A stretch of DNA of 64,000 nucleotides, taken from NCBI RefSeq assembly GCF_018350175.1, contig NC_058382.1, forward strand, positions 53,756,001 through 53,820,000. The letters run 5' to 3'. This stretch comes from Felis catus (lineage: Eukaryota). The notes under the pieces are model-generated. The model was not told the origin of the DNA. It saw nothing but the letters and a program-made list of their open reading frames with translations, and did not search any database. This document shows, in pieces, positions 62,678-64,000 of the stretch. A program made the translations under genes and the position numbers. Each line of letters opens with the position of its first letter. Position 1 is the stretch's first letter.

Positions 62678-63355
62678 TGCAGCAATTCTCCCTACTGAGT
62701 ATTTACCCAAAGGAAACAAAAACACTAATTCAAAAAGATACACGAACCCCTATGTTTGTTGCAGCATTATCTACAACAGGCAAGATATGGAAGCAATGTG
62801 GGGCGCCTGGGTGGCTTGGTCGGTGAAGCATCTGGCTTCGGCTCAGGTCATGATCTCACAATCCGTGAGTTCAAGCCCCGCATCAGGCTCTGTGCTGACA
62901 GCTCGGAGCCTGGAGCCTGCTTCAGGTTCTGTGTCTCCCTCTCTCTCTGACCCTCCCCGCTCATGCTCTGTCTCTCTCTGTCTCAAAAATAAATAAACAT
63001 TAAAGATATGGAAGCAATGTAAGTGTCCGCTGACTGATGAATGCACAAGTGACTGAGTCAGGGAAAGACAAATAACACATGATTTCACTCATACCTGGAA
63101 TTTAAGGCACAAAATAAACGAAGAGAAAAGAGACAAACGCACACAAAAAACAGACTCTTAACTCTAGAGAAAAAACTGGTGGTGATCAGAGGGGAGGTGG
63201 GTGGACAGATGGGTGGAAGGTGAAAGGGATTAAGAAGACACTTATCATGATGAGCAGGGGTTAATGTATAGCATTGTTAAATCATTATATTGTACACGTG
63301 ATAGTAATATAACACCATACATTAATTATTCTTGATTTTAAAAATATGTTTAAAA
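62678..63355 (+). mobile_element. 5'-truncated carnivore-type L1 (ORF2 end plus 3'UTR)
   Basis: 'cagcaattctccctactgagtatttacccaaagg...cccctatgtttgttgcagcattat'; TSD-like 62663-62677 / 63356-63370. Confidence 0.9.
62800..63002 (+). mobile_element. SINEC_Fc inserted in the L1
   Basis: Perfect 18-bp TSD aagatatggaagcaatgt 62782-62799 / 63003-63020. Confidence 0.97.
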
Positions 63356-64000
63356 AAAAGAGTCAAAAGAAATAGGTGAAATTAAATTCACCAAAATATA
63401 TTTTATTTAACCCAATATATACAAAACACCAACATTTCAATATTAAATCAATAGTAAAAATATTAATAAGAGATTTTGCATTCTTGTTTCATACTAACTT
63501 GGAGACCTAATGTCTGTTTAGACTCACCATACATCGAGTGCTCAGGAGTCACATGTGGCTGGTGGCCATCCTACTGCACAGCTTGGCTCTAGAATGTTAT
63601 CCCAGAAGAGTGAGGAAGACCCCAGAACACCGCTTCCTATATCCACTGGCCCAGTGGGGTACGACACCCTTCATGGAACAATCACTGACAGGGGAGATGA
63701 TTTCCTTGCAACTAAACCAGCTCGCCTTTGATGCTGTGCATGGAGTAAGTTCCCCCTGAGGCAAATGAGCTACTTAATGAAGATGAGAAACATAAAACAT
63801 AAATCAAAAATCTAAAACATGAGTTTCCTACTGGTGGGAGGTGTATTGGATCCTGGGTAATCCACCAACAATGTCCACAACGGGCTGGCTCCTCCGCTGG
63901 GGTGCTTCACTGACTCTTGGCTTGAGGGCCCATTCTACCCTTGATTTAAACTCCTTTCCACTCAAGAGAGAGATCTGGGAGGGCTGGGGGAGGTTTTCCC

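Larger units (their letters stand above)
62603..63586 (-). mobile_element. MER33 split by an L1 insertion
   Basis: Left piece 'ctgtccaggagaa...aaaaaagtaaaaaga'; right piece 'aataggtgaaattaa...tttatttaacccaatatat...cacatgtggctggtggcc'. Confidence 0.88.
62360..63720 (-). mobile_element. LTR33/MLT1K-like LTR split by MER33 (pieces about 62360-62600 and 63590-63720)
   Basis: 'gcaagtaagaggaaacc...atatggccatggcagctc' and 'ccactggcccagtgggg...acaatcactgacagggg'. Confidence 0.6.

Noticed and set aside
5017..63002. tRNA-like A/B boxes and recurrent ORFs such as 'SSSPASGSVLTAQSLEP'
   Set aside because: These are Can-SINE heads and bodies, not tRNA genes or a protein family
1..64000. Assigning a specific neighbouring gene, NUMT, processed pseudogene or endogenous viral coding sequence
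   Set aside because: I recognise no sequence supporting any of these; locus identity needs a genome search

Overview
Mammalian non-coding DNA, almost certainly from a felid/feliform carnivore: it carries about 14 tRNA-derived Can-SINEs, several with the SINEC_Fc-type 'GAGCCTGGAGCCT..TTC.GATTCTGTGTCTCCC' body, plus carnivore-type L1 3' ends. I can support no protein-coding exon, RNA gene, CRISPR array or prokaryote-type system. The longest ORFs come from a purine-rich repeat, and the rest are chance or repeat-derived ORFs. The window is a mosaic of old interspersed repeats (MIR, L2, L1M, HAL1, ERVL/MaLR LTRs, and many hAT MITEs: MER3, MER5, MER20, MER33, MER58, MER63) separated by repeat-free, AT/TAAT-rich blocks that look like conserved non-coding enhancers. 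This fits a gene desert or large intron near a developmental regulator, but the locus is not identified. The most notable items are two multi-level nested insertion stacks with target-site duplications (TSDs), a (TGACTAA)5 AP-1-like array, a ~100-bp higher-order polypurine repeat beside an orphan CpG-rich zone, GC-enriched old repeats, and several perfect palindromic motif clusters. Repeat family names come from remembered consensus sequences, and boundaries of old repeats are approximate (tens of bp). I found no convincing novel biological system.
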